Assembly: GCF_001194135.2 (NCBI RefSeq)
Contig: NC_068981.1
Coordinates: 11,795,751-11,859,750 of the forward strand
Source: Octopus bimaculoides
Taxonomy: Eukaryota
Length of the DNA stretch: 64,000 nt
Reading direction: 5' to 3'
Shown: positions 12,441-26,549 of the stretch, piece after piece
Numbering within the stretch: position 1 is the first letter of the stretch
How the letters are laid out: every line of letters begins with the position of its first letter
Program-made: the position numbers and the translations under genes
Notes under the pieces: generated by a model
The model's database searches: none
The model's input: only the letters and a program-made list of their open reading frames with translations
Told to the model about the DNA's origin: nothing

Positions 12441-13458
12441 GTTAGCCCGTCGATACCTTTGATTTTGCTTCCTTTCATGTCTAACACACCACACTTTCCC
12501 AGTCCGAACTCCATTCTGATATCAGCACTGACGTTATACACGTATTAGCGAGGGAACTGACTTAGGATTAATTTTTAACATAAAGTTTGAGGTCATCCAT
12601 GAAAAACAAATGGTTGAATTTTCGTTGACGGCTTTTGAGTCAGAATCTGTGTTAGTGGCATCAAGCACAATACAAAGATCAGTGGGGACAGGCACTCCCC
12701 TTGGAAGATGCCCTACCTGATTTCTACTGTCCCTAAACTTCTTCCATATGCTGTCAGATCCGTCCTCCAATTCACCATACTTTTTCCAAGCTTTCGCTCA
12801 GCAATCGATGCAATACCAAATAGGTTCACACATTCCGTTATCTAAGAGTGTGGGATCATAGTGTACGCCTTGCGCTAGTCGATCCATGACATGGCTAAGT
12901 TAGTTTTCCTCCTCTTGCTGTCTATCAGCAGTTGATCGTTGGTACCTCTGCACTTACAATTGCAACCGTTCTGCTCATGTGGCAGGACTCAATTCTTTTC
13001 CCAATATTTGTTCATTGACTCTGCGAGTATTCCAGTCAATAATTTCCACATAAGTGGACAACAGGATATCAGACTGTAAATGTCTACCGTATTGCCTGTT
13101 ATGATGTTTTTCAAGCACAGCACTGTCCTACCCAATGTCAACCACTCTGGTGTTACTTGGTCGGCATTTAACAAAGTGTTGATTTGCGCAGCTATTCGTG
13201 CATGCTATTCACCAAATCTTTTGATCCAGTAGCCTTGAACTCCATCTTGTCCCGGGGTCTTCCAGTTGCTCATTTTTTTGCTCAATTCCTTCACTTCCCT
13301 AACTGAAATGACTAGTTCTTTCTGTTTTGGACAGATGACTGTTTGTTTAAGTTCTTGCAGCCGTTCAGCATCCTTCTTGTACTCCTTGTCTTTGCTACAG
13401 ATGTCACTCCAAAATCTTTGATTTACATTGTTATATGGTATCAACTTATCAGTGTATT
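12441..13458 (-). mobile_element. R4/Dong-like non-LTR retrotransposon RT fragment
   Basis: [110 protein letters not shown]. The 5' flank is (TAA)n/(CTA)n. Confidence 0.92.
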
Positions 13459-15669
13459 ATTATTATTATTATTATTAGTACTACTACTACTAGTAGTAGT
13501 AGTAGTTGTAGTAGTAGTAGTAGTAGTAGTAGTTGTAGTAGTAGTAGTAGTAGGCATCACAGTTTTATTTGATTTTGTAATCAACTTTGCTGTAATACTG
13601 TATGGACCCTGTTACTTGAGAGCTACGTCATAGTCTAAACAAATGTACATTTTTACCGCTATAACATGTTGTAGCAGCAAATAAGTTTCTCGGTGGGAGG
13701 TGCACAAAAATTGTATATCTGTGAATCTAGCGTTCGCTGTGCTTAACATTAAAAAAAAAAATCTCTTGACGCTCACACTCTATCAACTGAGAAAATGTTA
13801 TCTAAAATTGACTGAGGCTAATACACATTAACATAACCACATTAACCACAAAGTGGTCGAGCCTGAAACATCTTGTATCATATATCTGATCTAAAATATA
13901 TTATATTTGTCTTAAATTACAACAAAAAGAATACAATTTCAACTAAGGAAAAACTTTGTCGAACTGCAGTTAATGTAAAATGTGCTTACTCAAGAAATCG
14001 CTAGGTACAGACGACAAATCATTTTGATGAAGCATTATTCATTTTATGATATATTAAATTAGAATTATACTTTCCCATATTTAAATTATTGATCATTTTT
14101 ATAGATTACATAATTGAATTTTCTTTTCCATCTATTAAATTCATATTTTTTCTATTGCGAGAGTAAACATTTTCTTACTGTTACAAGATGATTTTCTTGT
14201 CTTTAATATATTATTTTGATGGCATAAGAAAATGAAAAGCACAAATTGTTAAATTTTAAATTGCATTTTCATGTATTCGGACGTATGTAAAAATATATTT
14301 TGTTACAATATGTGAACAAATATATTTTGAAGATTTTAAGAAATAGCTGACAACTTTTGCAACATGTTTCAAGCATCACATTTAATATATATCTTCAAAT
14401 TATTAAAAAAAAAACAACTTCCACTGCATTAAATCTATATACAACGTCTTTAGTAAACATATCCATTCTATGATGAAATATCTCATGTAGCAGAGAATTT
14501 CCAACGCACGCAAGGCAATTATATTTTATTTTAAGATGATCACTGCTCGGTGTACACATTCAAAAGCTAATTTGTATTATCTAATTTTGAATGTAACATT
14601 AACAGTAATTATCGTTGTGGTTTTAATTCGTATTAAGAGTATTATATCTGATTCTCAGTTAATAATTAAGTCGTGGCTCAGAGCCATATTCCTACACAAA
14701 GTGTTTCATTAAACTTAAAATAAAATTCTGGAAAACTGAATTTGGTTTAAACTAAACTTATAAGATCATTTCAGAATACACTTATGGTAATAAAAATGAA
14801 CAATCATCTAGTTCTCAGCTATTTTTGGCATTGATGAAATCCCATCGCGATCCATTGCAGTGTTTTAATATACAAGGTGCTCTACTTCATTCACCCTATC
14901 AAAGCACTTACTGCATTTTCCTATTTAATTCTTACTCTCTTCACAGCCTTTCCTTCTTTTTATTTGTTTTCCCTCTTTATCCTATTTCATTTCCACGAAA
15001 ATAGCCTATGACAGAAACCTAAAAATAGAATGATGTGCTAATTCCATCTTTTTTAGTTATGAGTTGCGAGACGCGGAGCAGCAAGTAACTAATGCGAACA
15101 CTATGTATGCATGTATGTGCGTATGTATGTGCGTATGTATGTATGTATGTATGTTTGTATGTATATATCTCTGTCTGTCTGTCTATCTATCTCTGTCTAT
15201 CTATCTCTGTCTATCTATCTCTGTCTATCTATCTNNNNNNNNNNNNNNNNNNNNNNNNNNNNNNNNNNNNNNNNNNNNNNNNNNNNNNNNNNNNNNTCTA
15301 TCTATCTATCTATCTATCTATCTACCTAGCTAGCTAGCTAGCTAGCCAATGCAAAATTAAAAAAAAAAAAAAAAAACATACGCAGTACGAAGACGACGTA
15401 AGAAAGTAAAAAAAGGAGTGCATTAACTTTATGCACGGAAATGGGAGAGAAGCAGAAGCAAATGTATGTTACGTTTGAGGCAAATGCTCTTTTGAAAGAA
15501 TGCGCAACGAGAGAAAGAGGGATAAAAGAGGAGACTTGTGTCTTTCGAGCGCCCATGGCTTCGCTATAGGCATGTTTGCCAAGTAGTCCAACAGTGATTC
15601 AATCGCATAAATGTGCGTATGGAAATTTATTAGGTGATGCGTGTGTTTGTGTGTCCTTTGATTTTGCTT

Positions 15670-16554
15670 ACACGTGGTCTGATCAATAAATATCTAATAA
15701 TGAAGGAAAGACAAAGTAAAGCCGCTTGGCACATATTGACCCTCCACTCTGCTGTGCATGCGCACTAAGTTGCAAAGTTCTAGCTCAATTCCGCTGTTTT
15801 TACATCAGCGCTTCGAAGGAAGTTGTGTAGCGCGTGATCGTCGGATTGATCATGATAGAGAAGGTTGAGCAGAGAATCTGCATCAAATTCTACCAAAAGC
15901 TTAGCGATATCTGCTCAGAGGCCTACACAAAACTTTAAAAAAAGATTTCATCGTTCTCAACACAATCAAGAAGATCTTGTGCAATTGAAACCCGAGTGTA
16001 ATTTTGGTCAGCTGGAATCAGTTTTGGCATAAACTTGGCAGACTCGCATCTCATAACCAAATCTTCAGTGATAAAGAACTGAACTGAACCGTAACTAATC
16101 TGCACATCTTCCGATAACTCACGGATGGTGACTTGATGATTTCCTTTCACAGCTGCATGCGCATCTCCGATGTTTTCTCCAGTCCTGCTGGTTGCGGGTC
16201 TCCTATAACGTTCGTCAATATCGACATTTTTCGGCCAATTTGGAAACGTCCGAACCACTCATACACTTGTGTGCTACTCATGCACCCCTCTCCATACACT
16301 TCCTGCAAATTTCCATAGACCTCTGTGCACGTATCGCCATGACAACTTTCTCTGTTATGGTCAATGCGACTATCACAGGCTACATACCTTCCTCGAAAGC
16401 ATTACTGTAAACAGCGGAAGTGAGCTAGAACGTTAAAATCGATTGCGCATGCACAACAGAGATTACGGTCAATATGTGCCAAGCGATTTTATTCCACGAG
16501 CTTTAGCCTTGTTACTATAGCAGCAGTCCGAATATCTATTTATCAGATATCGTA
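15670..16554. mobile_element. Non-autonomous mariner element built from two inward-facing 5' ends
   Basis: + strand 15852-15938 MIEKVEQRICIKFYQKLSDICSEAYTKL*; - strand ORF 15935..16258 RPATSRTGEN..VTIRELSEDVQISYGSVQ..SAKFMPKL (mariner HTH region and linker); the arms share ~150 bp of diverged inverted homology; TA-initiated TIR-like ends. Confidence 0.88.
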
Positions 16555-16873
16555 TGTGTATGCATGAGTTTATCTTGCATATATGCGTGCGTGATGGCCT
16601 GCGCATGTGTGCTTATAAAACAATTGTGCGCGTATGTGTGTGCATGTGTGTGTGTGTGTGTTGTTGTTTTTTTGTGTTTCTTTGTGGATATAAGTTTTCC
16701 AAAGAGAGAAATAGAGAAGGAGAGAGAGAAGCAGTTGAAATAGGGATGACGAAGTAGAATGTGTTGGAAAACGTAACTGTATGATATATTGGTTACAATG
16801 AGTGTGAATATCATGTGGGATGGTAACGCAAGTATGGTTGCTAACGTGCCTGAAGGAGGGAATACGCGTATGT

Positions 16874-16935
<62 letters not shown>

Positions 16936-17105
16936 GTGCATGTGTTTGTGAATATTGTTTAAACATGTTGGTTTGCGTTGCGTTAAATAAGAATACAGGG
17001 TTAAGGTAAAAGGCGTAATGTAGTGTTAGGGTGTATGAAGGAAGTGGATATGAAAGAAGATGCGATTTTAGTCCATAAGTATGTATGTTGCTCTCTCTCT
17101 CTATG

Positions 17106-17160
<55 letters not shown>

Positions 17161-18269
17161 CGGATTTGCATATATACGAATTTGTGCTGCCTGTGAGCTT
17201 GGGAATACGTTCGCAATGACGAAGAAATATATATAGCGTGTGAGGATCACCACTTAATTAAAAACATGATAATATTCTGTTTAGTTATTCTTTTTCATTT
17301 AATATATAATTCAAAAGAATTGAAAGTATTTACAATAAACGAAAAAATTAATTATTTTTTTTTCTACTAATGACTAATATATCATCAATGCTGCACTGAC
17401 AAGCGTTGTCTGACCAAAGACTTTTTCGTGAGGGAGAAGTTGAACGCTACAGTCAACGAAAGAACCACAAAACTAGGACTATATTAGACAAATGATATAC
17501 GACATATAACCGTAAAAGGAATGTGCAGAGAGATGTAGCAGATAAGGTTTAAGTGATAAGATTTAAGTGGACTACTAGAGGTTCTTATCTGGGTGAAAAG
17601 CAAACATTGATTGATGTAGACTGATTCCACGGGATTGTTGGAATGGGGTGACAAAATACCTGTCCAGAAAAGAACCTGTCATTTAAATGAAAAGTCTCTT
17701 CAAATTATCTGTTCTAGTGATCTGTGACGTTTTACAAAGCCGATCAAATTTATTATGCATGATAAATTCGGGCTCATTAGCCTGGCCTTAGTGTCAGAAA
17801 AAGGAGATTGTAGAGATCATACTCAAAAGCTCTCCAAAACATCTGGGCGGGTGGGGAGAGACGCGCTTATGAATTAGTTAGTGTTAGCAGCTTTATCTCA
17901 ATTAAAAACACCATTGTTTTAATCGAAGCTGGCATGAACCTTACATCACGGCTAGAATTACATTTTCTACTCTGCCATACATGGCACACATCTGTGAACC
18001 CAAAACTGACACAAGCAATTTATATCGCTATGGTCAGACATGCTGCTGATCTCGAGAGCAGTCACAGAAATGGACATACAAGTTTCCTAGACTTGAAAGG
18101 ATGCCAGTGAGATGATTATCCTGAAGAGGGAGAAATATCTTGAAATAATCCATGCTAAGCAATGTGCAATCCCATTAGAGTTGAATAGAAAGGTGTTGCA
18201 GCACATTTTCTAAGCAAAGCAAGCAGCATGCTGTGCATTAAAGGAGCCTAAAGGAGCCTAAAGGAGCCT

Positions 18270-18365
18270 GAAATGAAGTGCTTTCTCAAGAACACAACGC
18301 GTCGCCCGGCCCGTAGATCGAAGCCGTGATATTACGACAGTAAACGAAACTCCTTAACCAGCGGA
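18270..18365 (-). mobile_element. tRNA-derived SINE family D head (decayed)
   Basis: Reverse complement CTGGTTAAGGAG..GGCTTCGATCTACGGGCCGGGCGACGCGTTGTGTTCTTGAGAAAGCAC; similar to 58855-58915. Confidence 0.55.
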
Positions 18366-18944
18366 TAAAGTGGTTTCAACGAATGATTTTGTGATCGACA
18401 CAATGAAAATACAATGAAACGTGGCGAGGCAAGATTTATAAAAAGAGGGATGGTTTCTGTATTGACAATAATAGTAATAATAATAATCATTTTTTCTCTA
18501 AAAACTTAGTCACAAGTATACATATTTAGTGGCTCCAATCCTTTTATCATTCAGATAGATATCGAACCAGAAGTAATGAAAGGTAAAATTGTGTCCGGTG
18601 GGATTAGAACACAAAGCCTTTATTCGAGTAAGTAATTAGTCAAATGAAATTTTCTATAGTTTTGAAGATCTTTTTGCACATAGCTTTTATATGAAATCCA
18701 TAATGAAAATAATACATGGGTAATGATTTAGATTTCTCTTATGAATCATGGAAAAGCGTACCATTATTTTTTTTTATAGATATATTCCAATCTGAATTGA
18801 AAAAACAACAACACTCCTATCGATTTTACATAGGTGGGGATGTATATTTGCACATCGTTACATATATTTCTACAAAAATACTAGCTAATGCACAATTGTA
18901 TCACAATCAAACAATACCATTCATAAATATACAACCAATCACAA

Positions 18945-18994
<50 letters not shown>

Positions 18995-19021
18995 TCGCAC
19001 ACACAAATGTGTGTATATAAG

Positions 19022-19081
<60 letters not shown>

Positions 19082-19189
19082 TGTATATATATATATTTAT
19101 GCATATATATATAAGTGTATATATATATATTCATGTGTATATATTTATATGTATATATATATGTGTATATATATATGTATATATATATG

Positions 19190-19222
<33 letters not shown>

Positions 19223-20067
19223 ATGTATGAATAAGATGCTGAACAGCATTCAAATTATACACCCGATATCTGTATGTATAAATGTATGTATGTGTGTATC
19301 CTCATTGATTTCCATACACACAATAAATTTCAGGAGAACAGAAGTGATTTGTAGAAGCAACACCAACACCAGCATATGAATACGTAAAACTTTAGATATT
19401 GATCGATTCTTTCATCTTTATTCCTGTTTAATTATCATCAACCAGCTTGTCTCACAGTCGTTTTGATTACTTTTAATTGTATTCCCCGACAATTTTTTTA
19501 AATTAGTAATTTTTTCAGTTTATTTATTTCACTATCGACTGATCGATATTTGCCTTGTGTTAAACGATCGCTTCGTACAATGATATATCCTTTCCAATTT
19601 ATATTTATGTACATTTAAAATTGAAAATAAAGTAAAAGAATGTCTTTAAGTCTTCAATCAATATTTTTGTAATAATTTTCTTTGCTAAAGAGTTTTTATT
19701 TCTATTTTCTTTCTATGTTATGAGTCTTCAGTTATTTGAGTAATAAATAGCTTTTAGATGGTTCGTATTTGTTTTAACTTGTGATTTCTATCGCAAATAT
19801 AATTCTCACTTTATCTATGCGCTATCTGTGGTGATATGATTTTTTTCAGTGTTTCTGTTCCAATTTTGCGGACAAACATCTGTAGAATATTTTTAATTTA
19901 GCTTTTAAATTTAATAACCTGATGCATTTGTTAAGAGACAAAAAAAAATAATTACTTTTTCTGTGTTATCTTAACTATACATTAAATTGCAACTCGTTAG
20001 GCTTTCTCTGCCCACCCTCGCTCTCACTCTCTCTTTCTCTGTCTCTCTCTATCTGTCTATTTACGTA

Positions 20068-20102
<35 letters not shown>

Positions 20103-20543
20103 NNNNNNNNNNNNNNNNNNNNNNNNNNNNNNNNNNNNNNNNNNNNNNNNNNNNNNNNNNNNNNNNNNNNNNNNNNNNNNNNNNNNNNNNNNNNNNNNNN
20201 NNNNNNNNNNNNNNNNNNNNNNNNNNNNNNNNNNNNNNNNNNNNNNNNNNNNNNNNNNNNNNNNNNNNNNNNNNNNNNNNNNNNNNNNNNNNNNNNNNNN
20301 NNNNNNNNNNNNNNNNNNNNNNNNNNNNNNNNNNNNNNNNNNNNNNNNNNNNNNNNNNNNNNNNNNNNNNNNNNNNNNNNNNNNNNNNNNNNNNNNNNNN
20401 NNNNNNNNNNNNNNNNNNNNNNNNNNNNNNNNNNNNNNNNNNNNNNNNNNNNNNNNNNNNNNNNNNNNNNNNNNNNNNNNNNNNNNNNNNNNNNNNNNNN
20501 NNNNNNNNNNNNNNNNNNNNNNNNNNNNNNNNNNNNNNNNNNN

Positions 20544-20587
<44 letters not shown>

Positions 20588-21448
20588 GCGGTGTGAGCTT
20601 GTTTACGTAATCCATTCGTGTATACATACATTGAGTAAAGGCGTATATTCTGTAAACAGAATGAGAAATATTAAGAACATCACAAGACGAACAACATTTC
20701 GAAAGTAACGTATTAACTTATATATGAGTAAAAATATAATTCGTGTATCGTGTGCCTTAGTTCTACTGGGAGAAATGATGAGTAAGACACAAATAGGTCG
20801 TGGCTTGGTTTTTCTGTATGCACATTGAGCTACTTGTATTTCTCCATTTTCCTTATCATTTGGAAATAGGACAGAGATAGAAATCTATTGTCGTTGCTGT
20901 TTTCGTCGATATTTTTTAGTTTGTGATTTATCTTCACGGCATCATGAAGGAAGGAGGTTTGGTTGAGATTTTCATCAACATACTTTCAGAAGGAAACACA
21001 TGTGTATCGTGTGTCAAGCTCCCTTCGATAAAGTTGCTTTCTATATATAGGACAGCCAGAAGGTTTGACATCCTTATCGCTTTCTTAATCCCGAATTCTG
21101 TTTTCGTATGCAGCCCTGATACAGAACTCATGTTCGAAATACCATGAAGTTCAGTAGTTCGTGAGTGTGTGTGAAACAGTGAACATCGATAGAATAATAA
21201 GATATAATACAGTCGAATATTTGTTTAAGAAGGGAAACTTCGTGTAGGCTAAAACGTATATTGTCACATCCAGCACAACAGTTATCAACCATTGATCTCG
21301 GCAGATGGAAGACTGTGGAATATACAATATGCAAAATGATTAAAAATAATTTATACTTAGACTAATGAGCCTCATTTAAATTGAGACAGTACCATTTGTC
21401 TCTAACTGCATTTCAAACATAGTTCTATTTCCCCTTATGTTACATCCC

Positions 21449-21849
21449 GTGACAGCGCAATGGCCCAGTGGTTAGGGCAGCGGACTCGCGGTCATAGGAT
21501 CATGGTTTCGATTCCCAGACAGAGCGTTGTCAGTGTTTATTGAGCGCAAAAACCTAAAAGTTCCACGAGGCTCCGGCAGGGGATGGTGGTGAACCCTGCT
21601 GTACTCTTTTACCACATCTTTCTCTCACTCTTACTTCCTGTTTCTGTTGTGCCTGTAATTCAAAGCGTCAGCCTTGTCACGCTGTGTCTCGCTGAATATC
21701 CCCGTGAAGTACGTTAAGGGTACACGTGTCTGTGAAGTGCTCAGCCACTTGCACGTTAATTTCACGAGGAGGCTGTTCCACTGATCAGATCAACTGGAAC
21801 CCTCGACGTCGCAAGCGACAGAGTGCCAACAACAACAACAACAACAACA
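21449..21849 (+). mobile_element. SINE family C, full length, (CAA)n tail, 12-bp TSD
   Basis: A box TGGCCCAGTGG, B box GGTTTCGATTCCC, tail GAGTGCCAACAACAAC; TSD ATGTTACATCCC at 21437-21448 and 21850-21861. Confidence 0.93.
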
Positions 21850-22015
21850 ATGTTACATCCCCAAATTCCTGATGCTTGAGATTATCTCCCCTGAACATTA
21901 ACAGTTAGTCACAGCTACAATGAGCCATTTGTTTACTATTCTCATAGCAGAAAGATAATTTCAACAAAGTGAGCATTTATCTTCTGTAATTTTTAACTGT
22001 CTCTCTCTTTTCTCT

Positions 22016-22422
22016 TTTTTACTTGTTTCAGTCATTTGACTGTGGCCATGCTGGAACACCACCTTTAGTCGAGAAAATCGACCCCAGGACTTATTCTTTG
22101 TAAGCCTAGTATTTATTCTATCGGTCTGTTTTACCGAACCGCTAGGTTACGGGGACGTAAACACACCAGTATCGGTTGTCAAGCGATGTTGGAGGCGACA
22201 AACACAGACACACAAACACACACACACACACAAACAAACACACATACATACACATATATACGACGGGTTTCTTTCAGTTTCCGTGTACAACATCCACTCC
22301 CAAGGCTTCGGTCTGCCTGAGGCTATAGTAGAAGACACTTGCCCAAGATGCCACGTAGTGGGGTTGAACCCGGTACCATGTGGTTGGTAAGCAAGTTACT
22401 TACCACACGGCCACTCCTGCGC
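22016..22422 (-). mobile_element. SINE family A, full length
   Basis: Same head, CORE-like segment, internal CA repeat and tail as 7789-8200. Confidence 0.9.
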
Positions 22423-23462
22423 GTTCAACTTTATTCAACTTTATCGTCGACATTCATGCCGCAGTTTACTCTGGTCTTAGATTGTTTTCGTAAAATTATT
22501 TTAATTACTCTAGGCTATATAACTTTTACGCTTGTTGTATGCTGAAATCATACGATTGTTAGTTTGTAGCAAGAATAATCGCTGTACTGATGATGCTTAC
22601 AGAGATGGAAACTCCTTTCAAAGATGTTCTCGTCTTCAGAAGTTACGCCTGAAACCTCCTTAAAGTTACGTCAATCCTGGCAGTTTGGTACACCCTATGA
22701 AAATCCCTCGTATTTATTTGTAATTTTGTTGCAGCTACCACTAGGTATTATTTGTTTTTAGGGACACAAACAATATTTTGTACCGTATTTAAAACACCTA
22801 CGCTCACGCTTATCATATTTAAGTACACGTATACGTAAGCATAGACAGACAGACATATACACATACACACAAACACACTCACACACACTTATATATAGAT
22901 ATACACACACACGCGCACACACAAAGGCACACCCACACATATACATACATACATATATATGTATAAATATTAATAGATACACATAAATACATACACCTAG
23001 CATATATTTATAGACATAAGTGTGCGTATGTGCAAGATATATTCCAACACATCCATATACGCATATATTATAACATATTAGGTCTATGAAAACAAATACA
23101 ACCAATTATTTTATAGAGATATAGAAACATAAGTGTGATAAAAAGACTGTGTGAGATAAGCGTCTATGAATAAACATTATCGGATATAAAATATATAATT
23201 CTAGAGTGAATGTGTTTAAACTAAGCTTATAAATGTTAATTTGTTGTTGTCAGAAAATTTGCTGCTACATAATTTACAATGATTCATCGAAAAATATTTC
23301 TCTTATTTCAGAAAAGAAACTATATTGCGTAGTATAAATATGTCAATATTTACGTATATTCTATAACCCGCCCTGACGCGCGCTCGTACGACACACACCT
23401 ACGTACGTGCGCAAACGAACGTATGACTACATATTTTGATGTAAATAGATATGTATATAAGT

Positions 23463-23538
<76 letters not shown>

Positions 23539-23849
23539 ATTCTATGTTTCTATCTATCTATCTGTCTATCTATCTAACTCTCAATATATTAACGTATCTA
23601 CCTATCGATTGATCGATCGATCGATCGATCTGTCTGCCTATATCTCTCTACATCCNNNNNNNNNNNNNNNNNNNNNNNNNNNNNNNNNNNNNNNNNNNNN
23701 NNNNNNNNNNNNNNNNNNNNNNNNNNNNNNNNNNNNNNNNNNNNNNNNNNNNNNNNNNNNNNNNNNNNNNNNNNNNNNNNNNNNNNNNNNNNNNNNNNNN
23801 NNNNNNNNNNNNNNNNNNNNNNNNNNNNNNNNNNNNNNNNNNNNNNNNN

Positions 23850-23905
<56 letters not shown>

Positions 23906-24659
23906 TTGATAGATACATATATTTGTACGTATATATGTGTGTTTATGTATATGCATTCATACATACATGATTTAACTTTTATCCAATGGCCAATCTCCAT
24001 AAAGCATCATTCGAAATCTCTCGTCCGTTTTACTTTTTCTCATATATTATTTCAAGGTGAGTGATTCACTCCATTTATGTTCGATCTGCCGAACGTAAAC
24101 ATTTGAAGCATCGTACCTGGCGTAACGATTTGAGAGGGGAAACACATTCTTTGCACAAACAATCATGCCCTTGTGCATATAGTTACTATATTTCTATGGT
24201 TTGCCTTTTCTCATGTCAGAAGCGATCGGGTATTAAATCAATGAACCGCCTACTTTATGATCCAATAGATCCTTATTTGAGACGGTAGGATGTTGTCTGA
24301 TGGCAGTTTATTTGTTATTTCTACTTGTTGATTGTATCATATTGGCTCGTTCCTAAGCTTCAATGAAACATTTGTAGTTAGACTTGAATGTAATAAATAT
24401 GGTATGTTGGTAGCTTCGAAACGTGACGACAAGGAAACATCGACGTAGAAGCATGAAGTACTACAGTATGCAGTCAAAATTAGTTTGTTTTGACGAGGGA
24501 AAGCACATTGCTTAGTACATTCCTAGATAACCACATGACATTTTGCAATTGAATATGGATATGACGACATGGATGACGGCGTCGATTCAGTTGGTGCTGA
24601 TTGTGATGTTGATTATGATATAGTGACAGTGGAATTAGTGATGAAGATGAGGTTTATGG

Positions 24660-24755
24660 TGATGGTGATGACGATGAAAATGACGTCTACAGTGACGGTG
24701 ATGTTAGTGCTGATGGTGACGACGACGACGACGACGATGATGATGATGATGATGC

Positions 24756-24813
<58 letters not shown>

Positions 24814-25260
24814 GGTGGTGATGTTGATGATATTTTTGATCGCTCAATATTATCGATTCATGATCAGAGTGCGTTGAAATACTGAAATAATAGAACTGCA
24901 TCCTCAATAATAATGCCATGTGGCTGTTGTTGTTGTTGTCGATGATGATAATGGTGCCGACGACTATGATGATGACGACAGCGATGTCGAGGACTATGAT
25001 GATAAAGACGATAGTGATGATGATGCTGGAGACGGCGATGGAGATGAATGAGGATGGTCTTTGCGGAACGCTTTTCATTTTATGCCTGTTCGATCACAGC
25101 ATATCAGAGAATACTAGAACAACGACCAACATCACTATCACCACCAACAACACTAATACCACACCACCACCAACACCACCACCATCACCACCACCACCTC
25201 CGCTGCCACCGCCGCCACCACCGCCACCGCCGCTGCCGTCGCTACCAAGATCAGCAACAA
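24660..25260. repeat. Compound trinucleotide low-complexity tract (GAT/GAC/GGT then CAC/CCG)
   Basis: Directly visible; source of the poly-M/H/P ORFs. Confidence 0.9.
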
Positions 25261-26352
25261 GGAAAGTAGCAATTTCATCGCTTGTTCCAGAGACCGAGTA
25301 TAATGTTCAAAGAATGTCGATAAAATTTTACAAACCCAGCAAATGATCTTGGACCGTAGCGTTGACATTATTAGATATCTTTTTTACTGTCCACTTGACA
25401 ATTACAAGTTCCACGAAGAACTCTTCATATTGTATTCTTTATACTGACTTGAAATAAATACTTCGCCTTTAAAAATGAGAAAAAAATTTTTAAAAAAACA
25501 TCGCTGTCCTTATAAAAAATATATGCAATTGAAAAATTGGTACAACCTATAAAAATAATCGACGGGATGGTCAAAGCTGGAACAAATTTTATCCGATATT
25601 TTTTGTGTCCAAATCACTTTGTACAAACAACACATTAAGCATTAAATATGTCAAGTCATTCCCGCCTAAAATATGAGTCCTCTGGAAACCCTTCCTTGTT
25701 CGTGCCTTGCACGTCCGTGATAGGTTTAAGCATTTATGCAGGAGAAGGAGCTTTGTGAAGGGGCTTTGTGAAGTCCAAGGACTATTCCCCTTTTTCCAGA
25801 ACTTGAAGGTAACAGAAAATGAGATAATTGTTTGTTGAGGGTTGACTTTGAGCTAAAAACACAATATCAACAGCAAAAATGATTTAACAAACTTCAAACT
25901 GATTTGAAACGTATGAATTGAACTCCTTGTTATATTTCGAGTTAAGAACAACACTTCCATATCCAGAACCACAAGTACCTACTTTCGTGCTAATACTTCC
26001 ATAAGTCAGGAAGGCTCTAAACTCTGAGTAGGTCTAAACTTCCTTTAGTGTTCCTCTTGTTCCGTTTTAAGTTATTCCAGTACAGAAGTCTCTCCCACGT
26101 AATAACATGGGAGACAATACAATACTGGGGCTCCTTTTGAAACATATACATGTTGTTAAATCCTTATGCATAACATATATCCGTGGTTGCACAATTGATT
26201 CAGAAAATCTTCCTAAGTTTTAACACCACCACCTGATATTTGTGTAAACGGAGTGGAAGACTCCGTTGTGCTGGATGTATTTGTGTAGAAATCTCTAACT
26301 TGAGAACAATTTATACAATGTCTTTCATTCTTTCTTTTCAAATGTAACATAG

Positions 26353-26465
26353 ACTTTGTAGATAAATACAGAGATCGTCCAACAGTCGGTCCTTTCAGCT
26401 CGCAAGTTTCCTCAAAGGGTCCACTTCTTTCACAGAATGTCGGAGGCGGCCGGTATTTCCACGAG
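26353..26465 (+). CDS. Candidate internal exon (xFVDKYRDRPTVGPFSSQVSSKGPLLSQNVGGGRYFHE)
   Basis: Pyrimidine tract tctttcattctttcttttc..catag| acceptor, GAG|GTAAAA donor, locally higher GC, phase 1 to phase 0. Confidence 0.45.
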
Positions 26466-26549
26466 GTAAAAAGTAGAGTGCGCAGAATACGGCATAATTA
26501 TGATAGACTTCTTAGAGACCAGGACGAGTTGCTCAAAGCTGAATTGATG

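Noticed and set aside
18555-18627. Exon-like segment with a good acceptor and GTAAGT donor (IDIEPEVMKGKIVSGGIRTQSLYS)
   Set aside because: The sequence is a decayed antisense SINE B core; exonisation cannot be excluded but nothing supports it.
22583-22620. CTGATGA...GAAAC hammerhead-like spacing (also 51300-51345 and 56505-56555)
   Set aside because: Stems I and II do not pair convincingly, or the core is too altered.
26400-26542. Minus-strand acceptor and frame HQFSFEQLVLVSKKSIIIMPYSAHSTFYLVEIPAASDIL*
   Set aside because: Probably the antisense shadow of the + strand candidate exon; no partner exons found.
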